A stretch of DNA of 55,111 nucleotides from Octopus bimaculoides (lineage: Eukaryota). A model generated the notes under the pieces. That model did no database searches, was not told the origin of the DNA, and saw nothing but the letters and a program-made list of their open reading frames with translations. Location: assembly GCF_001194135.2 (NCBI RefSeq), contig NC_068982.1, positions 182,242,258 to 182,297,368 on the forward strand. Reading direction: 5' to 3'. The number at the start of each line of letters is the position of its first letter. The stretch's first letter is position 1. Made by a program: the position numbers and the translations under genes. This document shows, piece by piece, positions 11,270 through 23,126 of the stretch.

Positions 11270-14000
11270 CTACACAGTTCCAGCAATGAAAAATATTCTA
11301 AGGATTCACCGAAAGGACAGAATGAAGAATCATTTGGTAAAATATTCCTTATGATCAGGAATCCACATCAGCCTATGAGCACAGAAGAAATGGAATTTCC
11401 ATGTGCCTGAGGAAAGAGTTTCGCCCCTGGCATTACGATCCGCAGGTCGAAAAGGGGATTTGCAAGGACTCTATTAAATGAGCAGGAGCACATTGCTCCA
11501 GCATACAATATGTCGGAAGAACAAGGCCAGGTGACAAATCACAGAGCCAAGGACGTATACACTGTTAATTTAGACGAGGAATTTGCACAGGCTCTTGAGG
11601 ACAGACACTGTAAGCTCAGCATCTCGCCTGCAAGTGTAAACGAAGAATGGAAGTCAGTGGACCGGAAAATAGTCCAAAAACTGAATGTCCTTATAAAGAA
11701 GAGCACTCTGAAACACAAGCTATCCTCACGCGGGAACATTGTTTATATAATCTGCAGAAATGCTTATGGAGGAAGAGAGTCAAAAGTGAAATCACCTCCC
11801 CAGAAATCCAGATGCCAGTGAGAGATAGATAACATTCGGAAGAAGAAAAGGGATCTGAAGAAACGGATGTAAGTTGTCTCGGCATTTGAGAAACACGTAT
11901 TAGAAAAATTCTGTAGAGACCTCAAAGGGAGATATAGCGGCCCTCATCAAAGCAAATGCAACAAAGAATTGAAGAAGCAGAAGGAAAAAGATATGAGATT
12001 CATTTTTCAGAGACTCCCATTCTCTAGGAAGCTGCTCGAGCCACCAAATTCTGAGACACTCTCAGTAGATAAAAACGGTCTCGCGCAGTATCTTAGGGAA
12101 ACATTCTGACTTACAGAGTGAAGTGGCACTCGCAATCCAGGCACTGTCAGGGTAATTGTCCAATGACAAGCCATCAACACTGAGAGAAATGAAAAAAATG
12201 GCCAAGAAAGCCAGGGCCAAATCATCACCAAAGTTAAAGGAAATGCCCATGTCGATTGTACAAGAAATGTCTGTTTCCTTGAGAGACTTCACAAATTAAT
12301 AAATTCAGTATGGAAGAACTTGAAGATCAGCGACCACTGGATGAGAGCCGAAGGCATGTGCATTCCGAAAGAGCAGAATTGAAGAGATATCAGCCAATTC
12401 AGACCAATATCACTTCTGAACGTTGAAGGAAAAATCAATTCTGTTATGGCAGCAAGACAAATTAAATATCTTACATAAAATAAGTACTTAAATATGTCAG
12501 CTCAGAAGGGAGGCATTACTGGAATATCAGGTTGTGTACAACATGCTTCAATGATTTGGGAACCAGGCTTAAAAAGAGAGATCTTTATGTGGTATGAGTC
12601 CATCTGGCGCATGCCTACGGTTTGGCTCCACACAAAATGTTCTCTATACGATTCTCTACGAAAGAGTATACAAGTGACTGGATCAATTTAGAAGAGGGCA
12701 TAGCTATGGGCTGTTCAATCTCTTCGGTGCCGCAGGTCATCCTGAAAGCAGCAATGTGATAGCCTGCTCCAAAGAACTTGGAGAGGGATTTTGGACCCCA
12801 TCGCTAAGTGCCTTCATGGACAGCACTACAGTCGGATGAAATACGGAAGAGGCTGAAGCTACTTGGCGAGGCAGGCACATCTTTCAGAATGACATTGAAA
12901 CCAAAGAAATCCAGGATCCTCTCTCTGCGGAAAGGGAAATTAGCGAAAATAGTTGTATTCACTGAAGTCAGCCAAAATATCCCAACAGTTGCAGAGGAAC
13001 TAGTCAAAGGTTTCAGAATGGGTATCACGACAGTCTTTAAGATACGAAAAGGGAAAACGAAATAAAGCTAATGGTGGGAAAAAGGTTTGCAGGTCATTGA
13101 GCAATGTGGCCTCTCTAACAAATTCAAGGTTTGGTATTTACAGTTCCTATCAATCCCCAAGCCTTACGATCAGAGAAATAATGGGACACGCACAGAGGCT
13201 AATGGACGGGGAGAGGGCCTAACAAAAGTCGAATGGTACTCAGAGGTAACGGGTAAGATAAAGAAAAATCTGATTCTGCAGGAGGCGAAACAGGAAGAGG
13301 ATGCCATAAGAATTCGGGAGGCAACCAGCAGATAAAATCAAGCCACTGGAAATGTGCACCCTAGAAGTGTCTCAACCGGAACGATTTACGACTTAAGGCA
13401 CTTCTTAGAATACATCTTATTCTCTGATCTACTATGATATCCTGCTTTGGAATATCCATCACGAAAAGTGGAGCAAATGAGATATTTTTGAGTGCCTACT
13501 CTTCCGGGGTGAACATACAACAGAACACGTTCTGAGTTCTTGCAGAGTTGCACTAGCCCAAGGAAGGTGCACGTGCAGGCACAATCAATTGCCTAAAGAG
13601 ATAGTGCACGTTCTATGTATGGCGAGAGTAAAAGTAGAATCTCCAGCATTCTACACTGAAAGAGGAAGAAAATCATGGCCAGGAACAGCTATGCCATACT
13701 CGAATGGAGTTTTGTGAGTGGTGCGGATGACTGGGAGTGCTCAGCAGACCTCCCAGGATCAACAAAACAATCTGAAATCATCAGGAAACGTGTATTCAGA
13801 CCGAAGATCGTACTCCATTGAAGCAAAAGATTTTGATTCAAATCACCGTGACGCTTGAAAGTAGAATAAATTAAGCACATGTGTTTAAGACTGAAATATC
13901 GGCCAAGTGTGGCCAGCATATATTTCTCTATGCGTTTCAACCGAAAGGTTTTAGCCATGCTAGAGTACAGTTAGTGTTATCAACTCTACAGTGGCCATTC
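11270..14000 (+). mobile_element. Degenerate HERO-like non-LTR retrotransposon (RT plus restriction-like endonuclease)
   Basis: Frameshifted translations give a decayed N-terminal Zn finger CA*GKSF (~11405), KKARAKSSP (~12205), QFRPISLLNVEGK (~12395), QKGGITGISGCVQH (~12503), LEEGIAMGCSIS (~12690), AFMD (~12810), KPKKSRILSLRKGK (~12900), GLSNKFKVWYLQF (~13110), EHVLSSCRVALAQGRCTCRHN (~13523) and DWECSADL...FRPKIVLH (~13725-13820). Many stops and deletions. Confidence 0.85.
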
Positions 14001-14009
14001 GCATGTGAC

Positions 14010-14302
14010 TGGGTCTTGGCAGATAAGGAAGTTTGATATTGCTGCCCTCGTTTGAGATTCTTGTGATATAGGTTTATCTGGAATATTGAACAGCATGATT
14101 TGAAGATATTTCTTAAAATATATATATCTCCACTTCATGTAGGTCTCCTGAATTTTTGACAAGATATTAAATGGAATCCCAGTCTATTTAAGTACTTGGT
14201 CCTTTCCATTGGCCTCATTGTTACTGTGTTTAGAACAGTACAGTAGCGTGGGGGCTGGTATAATTATTGATGTCAAGGTTTGGCACCAGCCCCTCAAGGT
14301 CA

Positions 14303-14336
<34 letters not shown>

Positions 14337-16760
14337 NNNNNNNNNNNNNNNNNNNNNNNNNNNNNNNNNNNNNNNNNNNNNNNNNNNNNNNNNNNNNNNN
14401 NNNNNNNNNNNNNNNNNNNNNNNNNNNNNNNNNNNNNNNNNNNNNNNNNNNNNNNNNNNNNNNNNNNNNNNNNNNNNNNNNNNNNNNNNNNNNNNNTATA
14501 TATATATCATTGCATATTTTCTCCCGTTGTCGCTCCTGGGTGTATAGTGGTACTTTTTGCAGTCTCTCCTAGTATCTCAACTGTTTTTTGATGCAAACCT
14601 CTTGGTGTGACAGCGTTGAACTATTTCGAGTTCCGCTATTAAACTAATACTTTGGAGGGACCATAGTTTAATGCTATAGTCTACAGAAATATAATACTTT
14701 CCTGCTCCCTTATCCTGAAAGTTATCAGAATCCATAGTCATTCGCCACCACATTATCATAATCGTGATGAGATGCACATGAGACTAAGAATCGTACTGAG
14801 GTTAATCCCCAAGTGACACACTGCGTTTCATTCGGGAATCTATGGTCTTGTTAGTCCAAAATTTGTTAGCGCGTGTTAGCATAATCTAGTTGATATGGAG
14901 GAACTGAAAAGTTTCAGCATCAAATTACATGCTGTTTTCTTCAATGTACAGGACATCTAGATCTTTCTGTAGAAGATTAGCATCGAGAAAGCATCGAAGG
15001 AATTCTTAACTGCTTGTGCAACTTTGTGTGATCTTCATAGCTAGTAAGATTGACTACTTGTATAACTGAAATCATGTCTGTAAAAGCCATTCCCCACTCC
15101 CATCCCGCCAAAAACAACAAGAGCGGCACAGAGACAGCTCTATGGAAAGGATTCCACTGGCTACTACAACCTGTCTTATGTCTTTTTAGAAATGATGTAA
15201 CCACTCTTCCAGATTTTCAACTATGGCAACCCTTTATAACTTGTGATTTAACAGTCCGTGTGCAACAATTTCAAATCAAGTTATATCACATCAACGTATG
15301 AGCGGTTGATTAGATTATTCAGCACCCACTCACTTTGTTGCCGGCGCTGAGCAGCTGAGTAAGGCAACTTCTTCCGAAGCAGAAGTTACATTGGGAGTGA
15401 GAGAGTAAGTTCTTCTCTTCACCGAACCTAATCAGCTACCCACTGACAATTCGCTCCATGACTTTGTTAATATGTTAGTTTAGAAAGACAGGCGTATAAT
15501 TTTTAGCTTCTACTCTGCTTTCTCTTTTATGGGTTGTGTATAGTATGCACTCCTATAATCTTCGGAGAGGTTTACCACTGACGAGAATGTTTTGGAAGTG
15601 GATCGGTAATGGCCTTACAAGTTTTGCACGTTCTTGCAAGGATTTTGGGGAATCCATCGGAACAGCTAGCCGAGATTTAAGCTCATGTTATCTATGCCTG
15701 ATATTAAATCAGTTCCTTTTTTTGTGATGTAATCGACAATTTGTGTCGTCATGTAGAGCTATAGTAGCAAAGAACTCGCCTGCTAATATTTACTTGCTAG
15801 TGTCCTAACAGAGATGTGAAATCATACGTATTGAACATTTAGTATTTCGCTTATCTTGTAGAAGTCCACAGTTAGTGTGCCATCTTCTTCGAAAACTGGC
15901 CCTCTCCTTGTGCCATACTGAAGCAAACTCATTTGCAAGCCTATAGAAGGCTTTAAAGCATGTTTTTTATATTCCTACAGCCATATCTTCTTTTTCTGCG
16001 CTCTCCTTTTCCTGGGAGATTGTGAGTTCATTTTCAATATCAAGGAGCGTTCGTTTCGGATAGGACTCCTCATTATCCGTCAGCTGCTCATTCAGACGAT
16101 TTGAGAGCTTGTCCGTCCTCTCGCTTCAATTTTCCTGTCTTTGAGGATTGTGTGCTTCTCTTGATTTTATATTCTCTCCGTGGAAAATGTATTGCATATC
16201 TTGTATGGCTGTCATAAATTGATGTAGCTTTATGCTACTGCTATGAGAAATTGTCAGACCAGGTTCTTAATACTGTTCCAATTAGTATTAAAGAATGGTC
16301 AAGCTGGGAATGAGTTGGGGACTTCTGGCAGGTTGTGCCGCAGCACTTTCCCTCGTACCATATATTGTCAATTCAACAAAGTTGTGACCGAGAAGATCGT
16401 TGGTGTCACTTTAAGACTATAGATGAACACCGTTTCATTTGTGAGACACAGCTCGAGGACATATTTAAGTCTTGGCTGGTGAACTATTTACTTCATGGAT
16501 ACCATGTTCGTAAGGTCAAGCAGAGACTCTGCCTACCTATGCTCATGCAGTAGCCTAAGACGAGGAGGTACTCAGACCATTCAGCGTTGATGTGATTAAA
16601 GGCCCCTAGTGGTGAAGGTTGTTATTTAGGTCGATTAGTAACTCTTCCCTGTTTTTGAAGCGATCTTCGAATGAGACCCCATGATTTGAAGTATCTAGTT
16701 GGCGAAAGGTTGAACATCTTGCCATTTTGATTCGTGTTATGTGTATTATGTGTGTCACTG
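14010..16760 (-). mobile_element. Degenerate CR1-clade LINE ORF2 (mid-endonuclease to C-terminus)
   Basis: Minus strand gives LGAFNH...W (~16590), LKVTPT, KAFYRLAN, ISEILNVQY, EAKNYTP, VMERIV, GRSCLTQLL, VDVI*LD, SYEDHTKL (decayed YADD, ~15040), LWSL...ELEIVQR, RY*ERLQK..LY..ERQREKY, LEGLVPN and IPDKP..RAAISN (~14040). Interrupted by a (TA)n tract and gap. Confidence 0.9.
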
Positions 16761-16841
16761 ACTGAATTTGAATGCGATCGCAAGACTATAGGATTATATC
16801 GATAAACTGATATTAGATAAGTAGGTAGGCATGTAGTGAGG

Positions 16842-16842
<1 letters not shown>

Positions 16843-16888
<46 letters not shown>

Positions 16889-16918
16889 GTAGATAGATAG
16901 ATAGATAGATAGATAGAT
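16843..16918. repeat. (GATA)n microsatellite
   Basis: Read directly from the sequence. Confidence 0.95.
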
Positions 16919-19051
16919 GCGCCTGCCTATTTGCTTATGCATATGTAACTGCAAGTGTATTATGCGTCATGACAATAAAACAAGCCAACATTTAAACTCA
17001 CACTCGTCGATATATTCCCTCAATGTTATATTTTCCGATTACAAAGCAATCCAAACAAATATCAGTTTTATCCCTGTCATTGATTGATAAAGTGTGAGGG
17101 TGATGTAGATTATCAGTGAAACCCATTGGTAATGATTCTGTTATTACTGCGATAGTGGTATGGGGGGGGAAAGCTAGGGGGAAATATCTGTTGGTGGTTG
17201 GTGGGTTTTTATATGTATATCTGAGTGTTTGCTGTGGGATTGATTACAGCGCTTCTGTGGTATATCATGAATAAATGCTTGAAATACCGCTGCATAAGTA
17301 TAAATCATAAAACCATTGTTCTCTAAACCTTCAGATCTAGTTGTCGGATCGAATTTGCAGTATTCCTTTGTTAATCTGATATTGGTTTTGTTTTCTCTAT
17401 ACATGCTTCAATAGTTTGCAATATTGACTCAAAGATCTTTTCTGTTTATCATTGGTGTTTAGCCTCGTGTTTGAAGAAGGAAAAAAACATACTATTTTCC
17501 CTCTATAATAGAATTAATGCAATATCAAGGAAAGAAAATGACAAAAACATTGCATCTGTTGTTATGTAATCTACCCACAAAGGTCCTGTTTTCCAAAGTT
17601 TATTAAATTCATATCCCATACAAAAAATATGCATTTATTACATGTTCAGACTATGCCATTGTTTTATGAAAATGTTGAAGACTATGCATTATCCTACTTA
17701 CATGTACATGTATTACTCATTATACGTATTTATAAAATAGTTGGGGCATATCAGTTTTGCCAGTAATTTAGACAATGTTTCAAGGACGTAACTATTTTAA
17801 CCATATAAGTTTCGGTTAGTGATCAGTCTTCCTGGATTTTGTCACTTATGATTCAAATGAAAATGTTGTAAGCATTACAACATTTCAATGCCACTAATAC
17901 CTTATTATACATGACTAAACAACTTCAAGTAAACAGGTCAATGCGAGGTTATTAATATGGCGGCAAAGGAAATTATCGCTTGCTGAGTACTGTACTTCTG
18001 GTGTTTTTAACTGAAAATATTTTCTACACTAAGAACAATAATTAAAATAAATGTTTTTATAGGGGATGATCAAAACTCCTCCTCTTATGCTGATTTGAAC
18101 TCGTGAAAAAATAATTCTAGACTCTTCGTAAAATTCGTAAAATTCTAGACTGTTCAAATATCTTATTTGGCTTCTTTGTGGGAGACAATTTAATTTCATT
18201 ATAATTTGCTAACTGAAAAATAGCTACACATTAATGAATAGAAAACACTGAAATATAGGAAGATTACATATTAACATTGAAACGCCAGTCCAGAATACAG
18301 CAAAAAGTATTTATTTGATTAGAAATGCAGCGATGAGTAAAATTTATGACGAAAACTTTCTTTGCAATAACTTCAAAGAGCAAATAATTAATAACAAACA
18401 GAAATATAAAAGCTCTGATTAAATCTATTTATGTTTTACATTTAATAAATGCGATTAGATTTATGTTCATTGAATACATACGTGTTTCTGCATACTGTGA
18501 AATTCGATTTTTCTTCGTAAATCGTATCAAGATATAAGAAGAAAAAAAAAACATAAAACTGCACCAAACAAACAATTGTACATGACTTATGATTTACAAT
18601 TCCTGGCCATATAGATTCTTGGCTGTGAATTGAGTTGTTTTCCCCATTTATAATGAACAGAGAAATCCAAATTGCACAAAACCAGAATACTTTTCAATTG
18701 CTTATGATTATTTTCATTCATTCTCTTACTCTGTAAATTATTTCTAGTTATAGAAAAATCTATTTGTACTGTATTTTTCTTTATATATGCGATTGTTTAG
18801 TTTTCAAAAACGTTTTCCATGAATACAATTGGAAGAATCAACAATGACTTTTTTTCTGAAATTTTAGATGTTTTATTCGATATATTTATTAAATTTGGCA
18901 CAAATCCGTTTAATATTTACTTCTTTCAATAATCATTCGAAAATTTTTATTAGAATTTACTATGGAGAAATACAATTCAATATCGATGTATGCTTGTTTG
19001 TTTTCGATATAAACAATACAGCCTATTTTATGTAAGCATGTGTGTGTGTGT

Positions 19052-19092
<41 letters not shown>

Positions 19093-19725
19093 TGTGTGCG
19101 TGCGTGGGTTCGTTGGTTATGTTTGTACGTGTACGTGTGTAATGCAAGAGTTGACTGGGGATGTTCGACTGTAAATGTGTATAACAATGCTAGCATATGT
19201 GCCAGCACGTGTTAAGGAATTCAGTGTGTATGCATATATATTTCAATACATATGTATATAAATTTCAAGGTATGGAAATTTTTGAGTGTGCATGTGTATC
19301 GATTATTGACAATATATATAATTATCAATGAAGTGGTGGGTAGCTAGAGAGATGCTTTAGATAATTTTGTAAACAATGAGTGAATCTTTGAATGATATTC
19401 TGTTTAGACTGATATCATACTTCAGGTAAAATTCTTTAGAAATATTTCTACAGGATAATAATAGCATATTTGATCCTTTATCTAGGTTCCTCTTACGTTC
19501 TTTCAGAAAACTGTATTAAAAATATTACCCTTATTTTTCATAAGCAATTATAGATGCATACATATCTAGGCAAAATACAATGCATTCAGGGTACATAATG
19601 TACGAATCAATGGTTCGACTAACTGTGAGCCTGCATTTATTAGTGTTATTTTGTTCGTTTCACATTGTTGTCATTACAAATTCTTAAACTAGAATCAAAG
19701 CAGCAAAATAATAGCTTCAATACTG

Positions 19726-19760
<35 letters not shown>

Positions 19761-20341
19761 NNNNNNNNNNNNNNNNNNNNNNNNNNNNNNNNNNNNNNNN
19801 NNNNNNNNNNNNNNNNNNNNNNNNNNNNNNNNNNNNNNNNNNNNNNNNNNNNNNNNNNNNNNNNNNNNNNNNNNNNNNNNNNNNNNNNNNNNNNNNNNNN
19901 NNNNNNNNNNNNNNNNNNNNNNNNNNNNNNNNNNNNNNNNNNNNNNNNNNNNNNNNNNNNNNNNNNNNNNNNNNNNNNNNNNNNNNNNNNNNNNNNNNNN
20001 NNNNNNNNNNNNNNNNNNNNNNNNNNNNNNNNNNNNNNNNNNNNNNNNNNNNNNNNNNNNNNNNNNNNNNNNNNNNNNNNNNNNNNNNNNNNNNNNNNNN
20101 NNNNNNNNNNNNNNNNNNNNNNNNNNNNNNNNNNNNNNNNNNNNNNNNNNNNNNNNNNNNNNNNNNNNNNNNNNNNNNNNTATATATATATATACGTATA
20201 TAGATATACATATATGATACGTATATATATATATATACATCATATATACATATATATGATCATATGCATGTATGTGCGTGCGCGTCTGTGCGTATGTGCG
20301 TATGTGAATGTATCTCTCTCTGTTACATATATATAGATACA

Positions 20342-20388
<47 letters not shown>

Positions 20389-20399
20389 TAATTGCAAAT

Positions 20400-20850
20400 T
20401 TCTCTATAGTTCAGCATACTTGTTTTCTTTTTCACTAATCGTCAGCCTTATGTCAACATGTGCTGGGCAGCTAATTTCCACAACTGTGTAGAATTTTCTC
20501 TTCTTTATCCCAAATCTTTATATCAGGTCTGTTGTGCTTACATTTTATTGACGGCTTCACTGGTACATTCAACCAGTATTCCTTTTAATCATCAGTGGAT
20601 GATGCCATGATTACATTATCGGACAACTGCTTATGATAAGAGTGATATCTTCAGTGTGAATTCCACAAATTCTGCATCGCTTGTCACATCTTACGGCTTT
20701 TCCGGCATCTGTATCCCTTTTGTGCATAAGGTACTTGGTAATCTGGCTATTAGTCCATGATAAACTGCTTTGATAATTGATGTTACTCTCATCACGGAAG
20801 ATCAGTGAAAATGAAAACATACTGAAATATTGAGAAAGCTGCAATTACTC
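20400..20850 (-). mobile_element. R4/Dong-like non-LTR retrotransposon C-terminal fragment
   Basis: ITKYLMHKRDTDAGKAVRCDKRCRICGIHTEDITLIISSCPIM (decayed CCHC knuckle) is followed by TTDLI...YTVVEISCPAHV (RLE-like PD..E region). Confidence 0.8.
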
Positions 20851-21082
20851 TATCGAAATTACATGTTCAGGTTTATACCTGTAATTTTAGGGCCCTCGGA
20901 TATGTAACATACTGCCTAGATATCAATCCTGAGAAATTAGGCTTCTCAAAAGCAGAAGGTAATAAAGCTAATTCGAAGACTACAGATCCAAATTTTATCA
21001 GTGGAACTGTAAAAATCTGTAAAACTTTCCAGAAGATTTTCATTGAAATATATATGAGCATATCCAGATATGCAACTATATG

Positions 21083-21122
21083 CATGAGAATACATGAGAA
21101 TACATGAGAATACATGAGAATA
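21083..21122. repeat. 10-bp tandem repeat (catgagaata) x4
   Basis: Read directly, within a CATA-rich low-complexity tract. Confidence 0.85.
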
Positions 21123-21409
21123 CATACGTAAAACATACAAATCTGCACATACATGTATACATACATAAAACATACAAATTTCCACATACATACATACTTA
21201 CATACATACATACATACATACATCATGCTTACATAAATATATACATATATACATACATGCCTGCATGCATGCATACATACATACAAGCAAAAATAAGCTG
21301 TTGTTGTTGTAGAAATTCTAATGACGGTGCCTTGGATCTAGGTTAGAAACCGGTTCTTTATCTATTGGCACGGAATCTTGAAATAAACTGAGTAATGACA
21401 TGAATACAT

Positions 21410-21567
21410 ACATATGGGTACTTAAGAAGATCGCTTTACAATCACGTTGTTTCAGGTTCAATACCGCTGCACAACACTTTGGGTTGATCTTTTTCTATTA
21501 TAGTCCCAGGGTGATCAATTTCTTGTGTGGAAATTTCCTAGACAAAAACCGAGGAAAGTCCATTTTA
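21410..21567 (+). mobile_element. Degenerate 5' half of the long SINE
   Basis: ttaagaagatcgctttacaatcacgttgtttcaggttcaataccgctgc...ttctattatagtcccagggtgatcaa aligns by eye to the head of the 8590 and 27296 copies. Confidence 0.6.
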
Positions 21568-21689
21568 CACGCATACACACACAAACACACACACACACAC
21601 ATACACATATATAGGAGCACATTCACACGCACATACGCATATATATATCTCAGAGTAAGCACATAAATAATAGACTCAAATGCTTTATT

Positions 21690-22765
21690 AGGAGCATATT
21701 CGGTATATTTTGCTTAATGAGTTCAATAAAGTTGACAACGCAACGAAAAGTGCGTTGAATGTTAATGCAGTATATGACGATCGTACAGTAAGCGTAAGTC
21801 AGTTTCAACGATATTTCCAGAAATTCCGAGTCTGAAACTACATCCTAGAAGATGAGCCTCGTCCTGGAACATCTGCAGAGCTCGACGAGGACGTCCTTCA
21901 AGCCCTAGTGGAATAAAATCCCAACGTAACTGTTGAGGAACTAACAGAGAAATATGGATTTGGTCATTCAACCATTTATTGACGCCTACGTCGAATCTGA
22001 AAAGTCAGCAAATTAGGTCAAAGGCTTCTTCACATTATTTCCGAGTCTAGTCACTCGCAGAGAGTGAATATGTGCTCTTCTTTCATATCACGTCTCGCGA
22101 AAGAATCTTTTTCTGGACCGAATAGTGGGTGGTGAGGAGAAATGGGTTCTCTATGCAACATTTCCAGTGCCAAAGACAGTGGGTAGGGAAAAGAGAGACA
22201 CTGGAACTGCAGGCTAAAGAACGTCTTCACCCACGTAAAGTGTTATCTTTTGGATGGGATATGAAAAGTTTAGTCTACTTTGAATTTTAAACCCAAACCA
22301 AACGATAACAATGAAAATCTAGAGTGACTTAAACCGGCGCTCGAAGGAAAACGACCATCTTTGTTTTCAAGACGAAATTGTGTTCTTCGATCAAGAAAAT
22401 GCTCAGCCACATACATCGAAAATGACATTCCAAAGGCTCGAGCGGTTTGAGTGGGAAGCGATGACCCATCCACCATATTCACCAGACATTGCACCATCTG
22501 ATTATCATTTATTCTGTAGTCTTTAAAATCATTTGAACGGAAAATATGAACACTCTACACGAAGTCAAAACATTACTGAAGGAGTACTTTTCATCACGGA
22601 CAATTGAATTTTGGAAGAGGAGCCTTGCAAGTATACCAGATAGATCGAAGGGCATTATAGAAAATGCAGGAAAATATATTTTAGATTCAAAAAGAAATTT
22701 GCGTATCTTAATTTTAAAAAATAAAAGAAGTATTAAAAAACGCATTATTTATGGTGTGACACCAA
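21690..22765 (+). mobile_element. Mariner transposon remnant (transposase pseudogene plus 3' TIR)
   Basis: LEDEPRPG, EELTEK, DRIVGGEEKWVLY, LHPRKV, QENAQPHTS, HPPYSPDIAPSDYHLF, IIENAGKY. The 3' end aaaaaacgcattatttatggtgtgacaccaa is followed by TA. The 5' TIR is not recognisable. Confidence 0.93.
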
Positions 22766-22794
22766 TATATAAATGCATATATGTGCGTGTGTGT

Positions 22795-22996
22795 GTATGT
22801 GTTACGTGTGTCTGTCTGTCTCTCTTGCGTCTGTTCCCCACTGTCATTTGACAACCAGTGTATGTCTCTGTAATACAGGTATTCCTTATGATAGTTATCA
22901 GACTTAAACATCTCTGAACTAAGAACGATATGTTCGATAAACCCTCCATGACGGTGCCCCAGCATAGTAGCATTCCGTTGACTGAAGCAAGTAAAG
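22795..22996 (+). mobile_element. 3' half of the long SINE
   Basis: catttgacaacc...gacggtgccccagcatagtagcattccgttgactgaagcaagtaaaggataaaaga matches the 3' end of the 8590 and 27296 copies. Confidence 0.65.
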
Positions 22997-23074
22997 GATA
23001 AAAGATATATGTCTGCACATATATATGTATATATATGTGTGCGTGGCGGTGTATGTAAATATTTATGTATACAT

Positions 23075-23126
<52 letters not shown>

